In this document: positions 31,754 to 42,381 of the stretch, piece by piece
How the letters are laid out: each line of letters begins with the position of its first letter
How positions within the stretch are numbered: position 1 is the stretch's first letter
Assembly: GCA_963422375.2 (NCBI GenBank)
Contig: OY729427.2
Span: 992,001 to 1,056,000, forward strand
DNA length: 64,000 nucleotides
Reading direction: 5' to 3'
Source of the DNA: Bryobacterales bacterium
GTDB lineage: Bacteria; Acidobacteriota; Terriglobia; Bryobacterales; UBA6623
Position numbers and translations under genes: made by a program
Notes under the pieces: generated by a model
Database searches by the model: none
Told to the model about the DNA's origin: nothing
The model's input: only the letters and a program-made list of their open reading frames with translations

Positions 31754-32998
31754 TCAATCGACGATCGCTTGGTATGCCAGCCGCTTGAACTGGTTGCGGC
31801 TGTCACCGAAACGGGGCGGCAGCATCTGGATCATGTACAGGCCGATCAACTCTTCCGCCGGGTCAATCCAGAAGATCGTGCCCGCGAGCCCTCCCCAGTT
31901 GTACTCACCGGCGGAGCCGTTCAAGCCGCTCGCCGCCGGATCGAGATGCACCGCGAAGTCAAGGCCGAATCCGTAGCCCGGCCGCGAGATCGAAGACGCA
32001 CGAGGAACATCCGCGATGTGGTCGACTGTCATCAGCTCGACCGTCTTGCGGCTGAGGATGCGCTGGCCGTCCAGTTCGCCCCCGTTCAGCAGCATCTGGC
32101 AGAAGCGAAGGTAGTCGCGCGTCGTGGAGACCAGCCCGCCGCCGCCCGAGTACCATTTCGTGTCCTCGACGTACCGCTCGAGCCGCCCGCCGGGAACGGG
32201 CTCGATAGCCCGCTTGTCCTTGGTTTGCCGGTAGACCTGCGCGAAGCGGTCCATCTGGCTGTCGGCCAGCCGGAACCCTGTGTCGCGCATGTCCAGCGGC
32301 TCGAAGACGCGCTCGCGCATGAACGTGGCGAGGTCCTTGCCGGACAGGATCTCGATCAGCCGGCCCTGGACGTCGACGGACACGCTGTACTCCCAAGCCG
32401 AGCCGGGCTGGTGCTTCAGCGGGAGTTTCGCGAGCTTCCGGACAAATTCCTCCACGGACCGATTGCCGCCGAGGACATTCGCGTCGGTGTACATCTCGTC
32501 CACCGGGCTGTCGCCGAAGAGCCCGTAGGTCATGCCCGATGTGTGCCGCATCAGGTCCTGGACCGTCATCTCGCGCTTGGAGGGCACCAGCTTGTCCTTG
32601 TCGCCCTCCAGCACCTGCAGGCCGCCGAGCTCCGGGATGTGTTTCTTGACTTGATCTCGCAGCGCGAACCGTCCCTCCTCGTACAGCGTCATCAAGGCCA
32701 CGCCGACGATCGGCTTGGTCATGGAGTAGATGCGGAAAATCTGGTCGTCGCGCATCGGCTCGCCGGCTTCCCGGTCAGCCATGCCGACGGTCTCCCAGTA
32801 GGCGATCCTCCCCTTCCGGGCCACCACGCCGATCGCGCCCGCCAGGTGCCCCTTGGCCACGCGGGCCTCCATAACCCGGGTGATCCTGTCGAGTCGTTCC
32901 TGGGACAGGCCGACCTCGGAAGGGTCGGCTCGGGGGATTTCGCCGGCGGCGGCGTGCGCCACGAGCAGGGCAGGCAGCAGTAGGAATCGAAGATGCAT
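31754..32998 (-). CDS. Serine hydrolase / beta-lactamase family protein (tandem paralog)
   Basis: Same motifs; long stretches identical to the adjacent gene. Confidence 0.93.
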   Translation of the reverse strand: MHLRFLLLPALLVAHAAAGEIPRADPSEVGLSQERLDRITRVMEARVAKGHLAGAIGVVARKGRIAYWETVGMADREAGEPMRDDQIFRIYSMTKPIVGVALMTLYEEGRFALRDQVKKHIPELGGLQVLEGDKDKLVPSKREMTVQDLMRHTSGMTYGLFGDSPVDEMYTDANVLGGNRSVEEFVRKLAKLPLKHQPGSAWEYSVSVDVQGRLIEILSGKDLATFMRERVFEPLDMRDTGFRLADSQMDRFAQVYRQTKDKRAIEPVPGGRLERYVEDTKWYSGGGGLVSTTRDYLRFCQMLLNGGELDGQRILSRKTVELMTVDHIADVPRASSISRPGYGFGLDFAVHLDPAASGLNGSAGEYNWGGLAGTIFWIDPAEELIGLYMIQMLPPRFGDSRNQFKRLAYQAIVD

Positions 32999-33047
32999 TC
33001 GGAGGTCTCCAAGTGTCCGTAAGAGTTTACGCGATGGGCCCGGCGGG

Positions 33048-34070
33048 CTAGGCGAGGCCCAGCAGGGGGCGGCTGTACGCCAGATCCGCGGCAACCTCCT
33101 GCCGTTCCAGATCCACCGGATCCCCCTTCGGGGCGACGTAGGCCTCGCCGGTCCGCGCCAGCGCCATAAAGCCCTCGTAGACCCATGCGGGCACGTCCCT
33201 GTAGTGTGTCCAGAAGCCCGTGTCCCGCACGGCGAACTTGCGCGGTGCGCGCAGATTGATGATCTCCAGCGAGAACGCGAGATCGGGCCGCAGCTCTCGG
33301 AACCGCCGGGCCCAGCGCTCGATGCCGACGTTGCCCTGGCCCATCGGCACCCACATGACGTTCACCTCCCCGTCTTCAAGCCAGATGCGCGAGTCGCGGA
33401 TGCCGGTCGTCAGCGCGGTCGGCGCGAGCACCTCCAGCGTGTGCAGAGGATCCTCGAGCGTCCAGGTGGCGTTGCCCGAGTCCAGCAGCGCGCCGACGTA
33501 GTCCGTGCCCGCCTCCTCCACCAAGGCGCGCAGCTGGCGGGCCTGCAGATCCCCCGCGTGGTTCTCCAAGGCGATCTTGATGCCGTGGCGGCCCTCGTCG
33601 TCGCGAACGGACCTGCAGGCGGCAATCGTGTTCTCGATATGCCGCTCAAGCGGAATGTCGCCCTTGCGGTCCTCGGAGCCGCCGAGGTAGCAACGGACGA
33701 AGGGCGATCCCAGAATCCGAGCGATCCCGAACATCCTCAGCAACTGCTGGCGAGCCGAGCCGTCCTCCTTGGCGAAGCGCGTGGATGTGCGGCAGATCGA
33801 CCCGAAGCCGACTTCGATCCGGATGCCGAGCGCGTCCGCATGCTCCCGAACGCGCTTGAGGTGATCCTCGTCGGTGCTTCCGAGAAATCGGGGTTCGGAA
33901 AAGTTCGCGACGGTCGCGCCGTGGGCGTGGGCGAAATCCAGAAGCTGGAACGCAGTCCATCCCTGAGACCGCAGGCTGAAGAAATCGAGTCCAAGCGGGT
34001 TGGCTGGCATTTCGGCTCCCATGAGGCACGGCACGGCAGTGCTGCCGAGCAGGAGTTGGCGACGTGTCAT
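33048..34070 (-). CDS. Sugar phosphate isomerase/epimerase (xylose isomerase-like TIM barrel), Tat-like signal
   Basis: TRRQLL; IALENH, LDSGN, PMGQG. Confidence 0.88.
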   Translation of the reverse strand: MTRRQLLLGSTAVPCLMGAEMPANPLGLDFFSLRSQGWTAFQLLDFAHAHGATVANFSEPRFLGSTDEDHLKRVREHADALGIRIEVGFGSICRTSTRFAKEDGSARQQLLRMFGIARILGSPFVRCYLGGSEDRKGDIPLERHIENTIAACRSVRDDEGRHGIKIALENHAGDLQARQLRALVEEAGTDYVGALLDSGNATWTLEDPLHTLEVLAPTALTTGIRDSRIWLEDGEVNVMWVPMGQGNVGIERWARRFRELRPDLAFSLEIINLRAPRKFAVRDTGFWTHYRDVPAWVYEGFMALARTGEAYVAPKGDPVDLERQEVAADLAYSRPLLGLA

Positions 34071-34941
34071 CTACGAAGCTCCCCCAATGGTAAGCAGCGC
34101 GGGTGCGAGTTGCAACGCGGGGCTTCAAACGTGCCCGGGAATCGACTCTCGGGGGCCGAGACTGGAGGCACCGAACGAGGCCTGGCGGGGGAACGGACCA
34201 TGTAGCGGCTGCTCTCGGGCCACTTGGAGGAGGGATCTCGCTGACCGGGCCGATCAAGATTCCTTTGCTCGGCTTGACGCGGAATGCCTCGTACGGGCTT
34301 GAGCAGCGCCCGGCCAGACAGTCTGCAGGAGGCCAGTCTATCGGCGAAGGCACACAGCTCATCGCGCAGCGCCTCCGCAGTAGGGGCCGCTCCCCGTACC
34401 CGCACCGTCGCCCGCAGGCGAATGCACGGCTGCATCGCACCGCGAAGCAGCGACCGGAAAAGCCCTTGACCCAGGGAGACCGGCCGCACGTCGGCCCTAT
34501 GGGAAATGTCGCCGTCGCGGTAGCGAGGCTAGCCTGCATTGTGCCGGAGCACCGGACTCGCGCCAAGATTCCGGGACTGCCGACATGCTCGGGATGGTAC
34601 TCGTTTAACGAATCCGAAGAAGCGACCGCAATGAGCCAAACGCAACCACGGTGAAGCCTCGGGCACCTCAGGCCGATTTCTATGCTTGCGATCTGCCCGA
34701 GCCTCCCCTCATGTTCCGGATGCGCCATGCAACCCGTTCGCGACCACCAGCGCCCTCGCACGCTTCAGCGTGTCGGTCTATGCGATATGCGCCCATTCCT
34801 CTACGAGCTGGTCACCGTCAATCCTGAACACCGCGCGACGATCACTCGCACCCCGGACCGACAAGGTCCGAATTGCCGTGGCCTCACCGGTCTCCCCGTC
34901 CACTGCCTGGACGGCCCAAGACGGATCCCCGCCGGTTTCTG

Positions 34942-35133
34942 TCAGCGTGAAGTTGAGCTGCTCACCTGCTTGATCGCGATGTAGTCCCGGATGTCATTGA
35001 TCTTGGCAACCAAAGCTCTGAGCTCAGCCCTGATCTCGGCACCGTCGTCGGTAGCAAGGATCAAGCCGCCCAGCGATACGCCCACCGCCAGGACGGCTAT
35101 GATCAGGTGCCTGTCCTCGGATCTCGCGACCAT
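34942..35133 (-). CDS. Small membrane-anchored hypothetical protein, possibly a remnant
   Basis: IIAVLAVGVSLGGLIL followed by coiled-coil-like EIRAELRAL; AGGA RBS. Confidence 0.4.
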   Translation of the reverse strand: MVARSEDRHLIIAVLAVGVSLGGLILATDDGAEIRAELRALVAKINDIRDYIAIKQVSSSTSR

Positions 35134-35653
35134 TCCTGCCTCAATCTAGCCGAAGCGAAGCTCCTATCAGTTTGCAAGTCGCGCCCAGGCACCGGCGGCC
35201 CGGCACCCTTCGCTCAAGTTCGGACATGCATACCAGCGGGTTCCGTTACCCCAGCGGCGAATGCACCAGCACTTGCAGGCGGACGTGTCGCCGCATCCGG
35301 CTGGGTGGACGCTGTGCCGACCCGGTGTCACGTCAGGATGCACTTCGCTTCGATTGGGGCCTTGATGGCGACGTCGACCAGGCGCACGGCAGTCCTCCCG
35401 ATGCCCGCCGACAGACTCACGGGCGTGTCTAGGCGTTGCGACACCGGGGCGACAGCGCCGCCTAGCCGGCACCGTCCGTGCTGCATCCACTCCCTGGGAT
35501 GGCACACTCACTCCGTCGGTAGATCTCGATCCCCTAGGTCCCTGCCCGCACACGCCCGTGCGACCCACTCGCCGCGGAGTGCGGGCGAATCTCGGAAATT
35601 GCCGACTATCCCAGTCCGGAAGGGGCGCTAGGAAGATGTGTCATCGTAGGCGC

Positions 35654-37510
35654 GTGCGCTTCTTCAACACCGCTGGGCCGGTCGTGGCGGGGATGCCAAA
35701 TATGATTCCGCCTCTGGATCGTATTCCTATCGGAGGATGTCCTAGGCCTCGGACTTCCCGAGGTCGAGGGGTGGAGCGAGGCCGGTGCCTGCCGAAGGTC
35801 CTTACGCAAAGCTCACGGTCTTCTGCGAGTGTTCCCACCGTCCAATCTACATGTTGGAGCTTCTTGTCACGCGTGCCTGTATGGAGGATAGGACTCCGAA
35901 ATCAGCGTTGACGCACCGAGCAATTTCACCAGCAGATTCCGGGATCGGCGGAATGCCGCCTGTCTCATTTGTCCTGTCGCCGTTCCGAGGCGGGTCCACT
36001 CGGCTGGAGCCCTCGTCCTAGCCGTCGAAGGGTCACTGCCGGGCCGAGAGTCCGTTCCGGGGCTGTTGCACGGGGTGTCGCGCGCCTCGACGGCGGCGAA
36101 ACCGGTCCGTTCCGCTCCCAGCCCGGCACGCTTGCGGCTATCGTGCTTCTCGCGGTCTGTCTGAGCCGTCTCATGTTGCGACATCGCTAGTGAGACGACC
36201 ACGGGATGTCCGAGGCCTAGTCCGGGACTACAGGTCCCTATCCTGCACGCGCCTCGGCAGACGGGCAAGACCTCCGCCATGCTTGCGCTGCAAGACTTCC
36301 TGAACAGCAGGTCGGATGACGATTACCGTTGCGTAAACGTCAACATCGAGGGCGGCCCAGCGTTCCGTGAAGACGTAGGCCAAGTCATGCGCACGATCCC
36401 CAGTCTGCTCTCCGTGCTGCACCAGCCGCGGTCCGGCTACCACCTCTGACCGCTCGAGTTCCCCCGGAGCATCGTGTTGTGCGGGGTACGCGACGTGCGG
36501 GACCACCGCAGTCACTCGACTTCCGGGAACGAGTACGTCGCCGGTGGCAGCGCCTTCACCATCGGTGCGGAATCGTTGCAGCTTGGAAACTTCAGCCGAC
36601 CGGAGGTCGAGGCGTTGCTGGCACAGCTCACCGCAGAGACCGGGCAGGCGCTACTGCAGGAGGCAGTGGAACGGCATTGGATCCAGACGCTTGGCTAGCC
36701 CTTGCTCGTTAGCGCGCTCTGCTACGGAGCCTGCTTTCGGCGCGCGTCGGCAAGACCGCGACCGCCCCATCGCCGAGCAGGACATTCTCGATGGGCAGGA
36801 GGTGGCTCATTGTCCGGCGCGTCACTCGCCTAGACCAGCTGGCGGACAAGCTGACGGAAGATCGAGTCCGGCGGGTGGCCGAGCCAATGCTCAGCGGCAC
36901 GTTGGACCAAGAGGCCTTGACCCAGGATCTCGAGCATGTGCGCGACCCTGGGCTTGGTCGCTCGAGAGGATCCGCCCCGCATCGCCAACCCGATCTATTC
37001 CGAAGCGATCGCGCAAGAGCGCGCTTATCAAGTGCAGGCGGGTCTCTGGATGAAGCCGTCCGCATGCGTAGGACCGAACAGCCGGCTGGACACGGCCAGG
37101 CTACTCGCGGAGTTCCAGGCGTTCTCTTGCCAGAATTCCGAGCACTGGCTGAAGCGGTTCCAATTCCACGAGGCGGGCCCACCGCTGCTGCAGGCATTCC
37201 TGCAGAAGGCGGCCGAACAGCGGAGGGCGAATCGAGCGCGAGTACGGCTTAGGTCGCGGCCGCACGGACCTGCCCGTCGTCTGGCCAACGGACGGGGGGA
37301 CCTGGCGCTTCGTCGAGTGCAAGCTCCTGCACAAGGGGCTTGAGAGCACGACCCGCGACGGGCTGCGGCAGAGTGCCGAGCACATGGATCGCCGCTCGGC
37401 CGAGGAAGGCCACCAGGTGCCGTTTGACCGCAGCGAGCGGAGCTGGGAAGACAAGGTACTCCGTCGAACGGAATACGCTGGCGGCAACGCCATCGAAGTG
37501 TGGGGCAAAC
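35654..37510 (+). pseudogene. AAA-like ATP-binding protein with C-terminal PD-(D/E)XK-like domain; multiply frameshifted and MITE-interrupted
   Basis: RFFNTAGP, HAPRQTGKTS (Walker A), LCGVRDVRD, SAFTIGAESLQLGNF, IANPIYSE, REYGLGRGRTDL, VECK, IEVWG. Confidence 0.8.
35746..36216. mobile_element. 471-bp non-autonomous element (MITE-like) with CTAG target duplication
   Basis: IR GCCTCGGACTTCCCGAGGTCG / CGACCACGGGATGTCCGAGGC; CTAG at 35742-35745 and 36217-36220. Confidence 0.8.
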
Positions 37511-37573
37511 AAAGTCGCTGCAAGCGGTTGGCCGGCTCGGTGCCGGGAGCGCGGCTCGTTCGTGCGGCCGAGG

Positions 37574-38359
37574 TCAGCCCGCGACCTCGCGCCGGACAGC
37601 TTCCCGCGAATCGGGTGGCAGGTCCTCGATGGCTGCGCCCAGCCGGTCCAGATCCTCGCAGGCGCGTTCCAACTCGGCTTGGAGCCGCCTGCGCATCTCG
37701 CGGATCAGGTTCCGACCGGACAGGCGGGCCTGCTCGTGCTCCTGCATGATCCTCGCGATCGGCGCCGCGTGGAGCTGGCCCAGCGCGTACCGCATCTCGC
37801 GCACCCGGTAGCGCGTCCAGGCAATCTGCCGGTTCGTCCTGGACCAGACCGATTCGAGACCGAATCCCACGATCGGATTGCTCTCGGCCAGCCAGTGCTC
37901 GAGCAGCCATTGCAGGCGGCGATCATCGCCGTCGCGGTATGCGAGCGTCGCTTCGGCCATGACCTCGTGCCGCCTGCGCCGCTCGCTTTCGTCCTCCGCC
38001 AAGTCGGGATGGATGCGGCGGGCGAGCTCCAAGAAGATCCGCCTCGCGCCCTCGCCCGGCCGCGCCGCAGGCGCATCGGCGGCGTCCCGCTCGGCGCTCT
38101 CGGGCCCCTCCCCGCTCCCGCGAGCCCTAGCGAGTGCATCCCATCCCCGACCGGCCCTTGCGCGCAGGCGCTCCAGCTCGTCGTAGCGGTCGCCCACGGC
38201 GGGCCGGTAGCGCAGCTCGAACCGTCGCAGCTCCTCGACATCCCGCGCGTACTCCAGTTCCACTTGGCGCAGCTGGCGCTGCAAGCCGATCAGAAGGCCC
38301 CGTCTGCGGAAGAGCCCGCAGTCGGGCGCGGCCTGGTACGCGACCAGCGCGGTAGTCAC
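37574..38359 (-). CDS. Coiled-coil protein with degenerate J-domain-like HPD motif
   Basis: RRIFLELARRIHPDL..EVMAEATLAY; GTG start overlapping the nadD stop. Confidence 0.75.
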   Translation of the reverse strand: MTTALVAYQAAPDCGLFRRRGLLIGLQRQLRQVELEYARDVEELRRFELRYRPAVGDRYDELERLRARAGRGWDALARARGSGEGPESAERDAADAPAARPGEGARRIFLELARRIHPDLAEDESERRRRHEVMAEATLAYRDGDDRRLQWLLEHWLAESNPIVGFGLESVWSRTNRQIAWTRYRVREMRYALGQLHAAPIARIMQEHEQARLSGRNLIREMRRRLQAELERACEDLDRLGAAIEDLPPDSREAVRREVAG

Positions 38360-38976
38360 GCCGACGGGCCCCCGTAGGCGGACCCAACCGACTCGCGGAT
38401 CACGGCGGGCACCCAGTGGTGCCACCTCCGCCCGGCGCGGATTGCCTCCCGGACCGCGCTCGAGGAGGCCGCGCCGCGCCGCGGGTCGATCTCGAACGGA
38501 ACGATCCGGTCGGCGTGCGCCGGAGCCGGGGGGTAGGCACCTTGGCGGGCCGCGACCAGCAGGCGAAAGTGCCCGAGCTGCTCGTCGAACGGCATTTCCC
38601 GCCCGTAGTCCCAGCGAGCGAAGCGCTCCGCGGCGTCGCGACCGGCGATTACGGATGGCTCGCACCCCTCGCCAGCCGCCCGGCGAAAGGATTGCACCAC
38701 GTCGATGATCAGTCCCTGCGGGCAAGCGGCCGCAGCACGGTCGGGCCGTCCCTGCGCGAGCGTCGCGAGCCAGCGCAGGCGCTGCTCGAAGCCGGGCCCG
38801 TCGAAGCGCTTGTGCGGCAGCGCCTGCGGCAGCACGAAGACAACCTGGTCGAGGGCGAAGCTCGCCTGGGCCCTGTCCGCCAGCGCCACGTGCGCCACGG
38901 TCGGGGGATTGTAGGCCGCCGGCAGCAAGCCCACGCGGCCCTCCCCGACGAGTCGGCCCGCGACCGTGCGGAACAC
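38356..38976 (-). CDS. nadD: Nicotinate-nucleotide adenylyltransferase-like protein
   Basis: AYNPPTVAH, PHK, GRD, ASSSAVR. Confidence 0.75.
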   Translation of the reverse strand: MFRTVAGRLVGEGRVGLLPAAYNPPTVAHVALADRAQASFALDQVVFVLPQALPHKRFDGPGFEQRLRWLATLAQGRPDRAAAACPQGLIIDVVQSFRRAAGEGCEPSVIAGRDAAERFARWDYGREMPFDEQLGHFRLLVAARQGAYPPAPAHADRIVPFEIDPRRGAASSSAVREAIRAGRRWHHWVPAVIRESVGSAYGGPSA

Positions 38977-39959
38977 TACTCGAGAAAGGGCGCGATCGCG
39001 CGATCCAGCCCGGCGTCGTCCCAAGTGTCGATCTTCACCGGTCGGTGCAGCGACCAAGTCTCGACGTGGTCGACCGACTCTCCCGGCTGAAGCGCGCGCA
39101 TCGGCCCGAGCGTCTCCAGCTCGAGGAACCGCTCGTTCGTGAACGTCTCGAAGGACGAGCCCATATCCGGGTATTCCTCGTCGGGCGACGCCGCGAACTT
39201 CTTGACGAACAGCTCCCCGTCCAGCAGGTACGCCCCGCGCGTGGCGGGGTTGAAGAGCCCGATCTTCTCGGGATCGGAATTGGCGGGATCCTGCCGCAGC
39301 AAGATGTACTTCTCCATCCAGCTCCAGCGCGGGTCGGCCATGTTCGTGAAGGCGAAGACGATCAGGGGGTTGGTCGGAGCCAAGACCTCCGGATGCGTGC
39401 CCCTCGGCGGCAAAGTCGTGATTCCGACGCCTCCCGGAGCCATCATCGTGAGCACCCACGTGGCGATCCGCAGCGGGAAAATCGTGCGGTTGGCGAGAAC
39501 GTAGCGCACAGTGGCACCGGTACCGCTCTCGGCGAGCTCCACCTCGATCCGCTTCTGGAATCCCGTGTTCTCGACAGGCGCCTGCGCGGACAGCCTGTTC
39601 CCGTGAATCTCGACCTCCACCGGCTCGTTGTCGGCGGCGTAGCTGTACACGGCGTCCTCCGGGGCCACCCAGAGGCGGCTGCCGCCGTAGAGCCGCCAGC
39701 CGTCCCCGCCGGTCCGGCCCAAGTCCTCCTCGAGCTCGACGAACAGGTTGCGGCCGCCGACAAAGGCGTAGCGGATGATGCGCGGGCCCACGTCCGCGGT
39801 CACGACGAGTTCCGCCTCGCCGTTGGACATGCGGTAGCACTCCGGCCAGCCGGCGTACTCGATCCTCTCGACGGTCACAGCGGCGAAGGCAGGCGCGACG
39901 GCCGCCAGTCCCAAGGCCGCCACTGCGCGCAGCGGCAGGCGCGGGCCGGGCTCCGGCAT
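38976..39959 (-). CDS. Secreted DUF4380 / galactose mutarotase-like protein
   Basis: Signal peptide; DVGPRII, GGSRLWVAPE, YPDMG, LELETLGP. Confidence 0.7.
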   Translation of the reverse strand: MPEPGPRLPLRAVAALGLAAVAPAFAAVTVERIEYAGWPECYRMSNGEAELVVTADVGPRIIRYAFVGGRNLFVELEEDLGRTGGDGWRLYGGSRLWVAPEDAVYSYAADNEPVEVEIHGNRLSAQAPVENTGFQKRIEVELAESGTGATVRYVLANRTIFPLRIATWVLTMMAPGGVGITTLPPRGTHPEVLAPTNPLIVFAFTNMADPRWSWMEKYILLRQDPANSDPEKIGLFNPATRGAYLLDGELFVKKFAASPDEEYPDMGSSFETFTNERFLELETLGPMRALQPGESVDHVETWSLHRPVKIDTWDDAGLDRAIAPFLE

Positions 39960-39974
39960 GAGGCACTGGACGCG

Positions 39975-40748
39975 CTAGTAGGTGGCTCGCCCGCCGCTGA
40001 CATCGTAGCACTGGCCGGTCACGAACGAGCAGTCCGGGCTGGCGAGGAAATGCGCCACCGCGGCGACCTCCTCGACCGTCCCGGTGCGCCCGCGGGGGAT
40101 GCGGGAGGTCATGTACCCGACCTGCTCGGCGGTGAGCTGGTCGAGAATCGGCGTCCGGATCACGGTCGGGCTGATCGCGTTGACGCAAATATCGTATTGC
40201 GCCGTCTCCTTGCCCATGGACTTGCTCATCGCGATCACACCGGCCTTCGAGGCGGAATAGGCGACCATGTTGGGGTTGCCTTCCTTTCCGGCCAGCGAAG
40301 CGATGTTCACGATCCGCCCGTAGCCGCGCTCGACCATCGACGGCAGGACGGCGCGGCAGCAATAGAAGACGCCGCTCAGATTGACGTCGATGACCGACTG
40401 CCAGTCGCGGTCCGACTGCTCCCAAGCCGGGAGCGCCCTGCCCGCGATGCCGGCGTTGCAGACTAAGACGTCGATGCGGCCCTGGCGCTCGAGCACGACA
40501 CCGACCGCGGCCACGACGGAGTCCGCGTTCGAGACGTCCACCGGCACTGGGAACGCCGCCAGGCCTTCCGAGCGGATCTCGCCGCAGCGGACGGCGGCCG
40601 CCTCCTCGTTGAGATCGGCAACCGCCACTTCCGCGCCGGCCCGGGCGAGACGAGCCGCGATACCCTCGCCGATCCCCCGGCCGGCACCGGTCACCAGCGC
40701 GGTGTGACCGCGCAGGCTAAAGAAGCTACTCGGCAACGGGCTCGCCAT
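39975..40748 (-). CDS. SDR family oxidoreductase (FabG-like)
   Basis: TGAGRGIG, CNAG, YSASK. Confidence 0.95.
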   Translation of the reverse strand: MASPLPSSFFSLRGHTALVTGAGRGIGEGIAARLARAGAEVAVADLNEEAAAVRCGEIRSEGLAAFPVPVDVSNADSVVAAVGVVLERQGRIDVLVCNAGIAGRALPAWEQSDRDWQSVIDVNLSGVFYCCRAVLPSMVERGYGRIVNIASLAGKEGNPNMVAYSASKAGVIAMSKSMGKETAQYDICVNAISPTVIRTPILDQLTAEQVGYMTSRIPRGRTGTVEEVAAVAHFLASPDCSFVTGQCYDVSGGRATY

Positions 40749-41415
40749 CTGGCGCCGGGGCCGCGACGGCCGTTCCGGCCTGCTCCTCGGATTCGGCCGC
40801 GACCTCGCGGACTACGTCGTCCTGGCCTGCAACCTCGTCCTCGCCCGCGGCCTCCGCGGACTCGAATTCCGTGCCCTCCTCAACCGGCTCCTCCGGCGGC
40901 GGCGGAGCCGGAGCGAACTCCAGCTGCGCCGCCATCTCCGCGGTGCGGTCCAACGGCGCTTCCTCGCGACCTTGGGCCCGGACCTCGAGCTTGACCGTCG
41001 TGGACAGGTCCTTGTAAATGTGTATCGGGACCTCGTAGTCCCCCACGCTGCGCACGGGGCTGGTCATCTGGATGCGACGGCGGTCGACTTCGATGCCCTT
41101 GTCCGCCAGCTTCGCGGCCACGTCGCGGGACGTCACGGAGCCGTAGAGCTGGTTGTTGAGACTGGCGCGGGACACCACCCGCACCACGCTGCCCTCGATG
41201 GCGGCGAGCTGCTTCTCGGCGTCGCCCCGCACCCGCACGGCCTCGCGCGCGGCAGCGGCCCGCATGGCCTCAAGGTGCTTGAGGCTGCCCTTGTCGGCGG
41301 GAATCGCCAGCCGTTTGGGGTAGAGGTAGTTCCGGGCGTAACCGTCCGCGACGCGGACCACGTCGCCGCGCTCGCCGAGGCGGAAGATGTCCTGCTTCAG
41401 AATGACCTCAAGCAT
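40726..41415 (-). CDS. rplI: 50S ribosomal protein L9 with acidic C-terminal extension
   Basis: [30 protein letters not shown]. Confidence 0.97.
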   Translation of the reverse strand: MLEVILKQDIFRLGERGDVVRVADGYARNYLYPKRLAIPADKGSLKHLEAMRAAAAREAVRVRGDAEKQLAAIEGSVVRVVSRASLNNQLYGSVTSRDVAAKLADKGIEVDRRRIQMTSPVRSVGDYEVPIHIYKDLSTTVKLEVRAQGREEAPLDRTAEMAAQLEFAPAPPPPEEPVEEGTEFESAEAAGEDEVAGQDDVVREVAAESEEQAGTAVAAPAPDGEPVAE

Positions 41416-41899
41416 CGGCCCGTCCTCCCGGCTTGGCCTTGTCGACCGGACCGGCGAAGGGCAGCAGCGCCAGGTTGCGGGCGCGCTTGATCGCCCTTCG
41501 CAGCTCGCGCTGGTGCTTGGCGCTCAGACCGGTGTGCCGACGCGGATTGATCTTGCCGCGGTCGCCGACGAACTGCTTGAGGGTATCGATGTTCTTGTAG
41601 TCGATGTGGTCGATGCGGTTGACGCTGAAGTAATCGACCTTGCGCCGACGAAAGAAGCGCTTGCCGCCCCGGCCGCGCCCGTCAGGCCCGCGTCCCCTGC
41701 CGGGGCCACCGCCCTCGCCCGACGGCCCTCTCCTCGGCGGGCCGCCGCCGGGCCCGCTCCTCTGCGGGGCGCCACCGGGCCCGCTCCTCTGCGGGGCGCC
41801 GCCGGGGGCAGTCCTAGGAGGCGCACCGCCGGGGGCAGTCCTCTGGGGGGCGCCGACGGTCGCGCTCGTAGGCGGCGCTGGGGTCTGCTGGTCAGCCAT
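41408..41899 (-). CDS. rpsR: 30S ribosomal protein S18 with Gly/Pro-rich repetitive N-terminus
   Basis: [35 protein letters not shown]. Confidence 0.96.
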   Translation of the reverse strand: MADQQTPAPPTSATVGAPQRTAPGGAPPRTAPGGAPQRSGPGGAPQRSGPGGGPPRRGPSGEGGGPGRGRGPDGRGRGGKRFFRRRKVDYFSVNRIDHIDYKNIDTLKQFVGDRGKINPRRHTGLSAKHQRELRRAIKRARNLALLPFAGPVDKAKPGGRADA

Positions 41900-41922
41900 G
41901 TATCAGTCTCTCTCCCGTTCGG

Positions 41923-42375
41923 TCAGGCCTGCGCGGCTTGCGGGGCCGCGGGAGCCGCCGGTTTCGGTGGCTGGGGCACGCCAGGCTCCCTGGGCTGGGT
42001 GGGCGCGGCCGCCGCCTCCCTGGCCGCCAGCCTCGGAGCCCGCTTGGCCCTCCGCGCCTGGGCCTTCTTGAGGCGCTTGAGGTCCTCGTCGATGCGAATC
42101 ATCAGGTGCTTGACGATGTCGTCCGCGACCCGGAGACGGCGCTCCACCTCGCGGTTCAGCGAGGAACCGGCGTCGGTCGAGTACTGGATGAAGACGTAGT
42201 GGCCGCTCCAGAACCCGCGCACGCGGTAGGCCAGCTTGCGCTTGCCCCAGTCGTCGACCTTGTCGACCGTGGCGCCGCCGTCGGTCAGCCACCCCTTGAC
42301 GGCCTCGACAGAGGCCTTGGCGTCCTCTTCCGGCAGATCGGGCTTGAGGATGAATCCCAGTTCGTAGACTCTCAT
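41923..42375 (-). CDS. rpsF: 30S ribosomal protein S6
   Basis: YELGFILKPDL, WGKRKLAY. Confidence 0.97.
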   Translation of the reverse strand: MRVYELGFILKPDLPEEDAKASVEAVKGWLTDGGATVDKVDDWGKRKLAYRVRGFWSGHYVFIQYSTDAGSSLNREVERRLRVADDIVKHLMIRIDEDLKRLKKAQARRAKRAPRLAAREAAAAPTQPREPGVPQPPKPAAPAAPQAAQA

Positions 42376-42381
42376 ATTGCT

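Noticed and set aside
35418..35560. 11-bp inverted repeat CACGGGCGTGT with an internal hairpin, possible MITE
   Set aside because: No target duplication and no second copy; could be chance in GC-rich DNA
38356..40425. 689-aa minus-strand ORF, and similar long GC-rich overlapping ORFs such as 20040-21812 and 55758-56999
   Set aside because: Alternative-frame or antisense artefacts of high-GC codon bias; only the nadD-like part is real
41740..41855. CRISPR-like repeats
   Set aside because: Contiguous coding 21-bp repeats without spacers; no cas genes or arrays seen in the window
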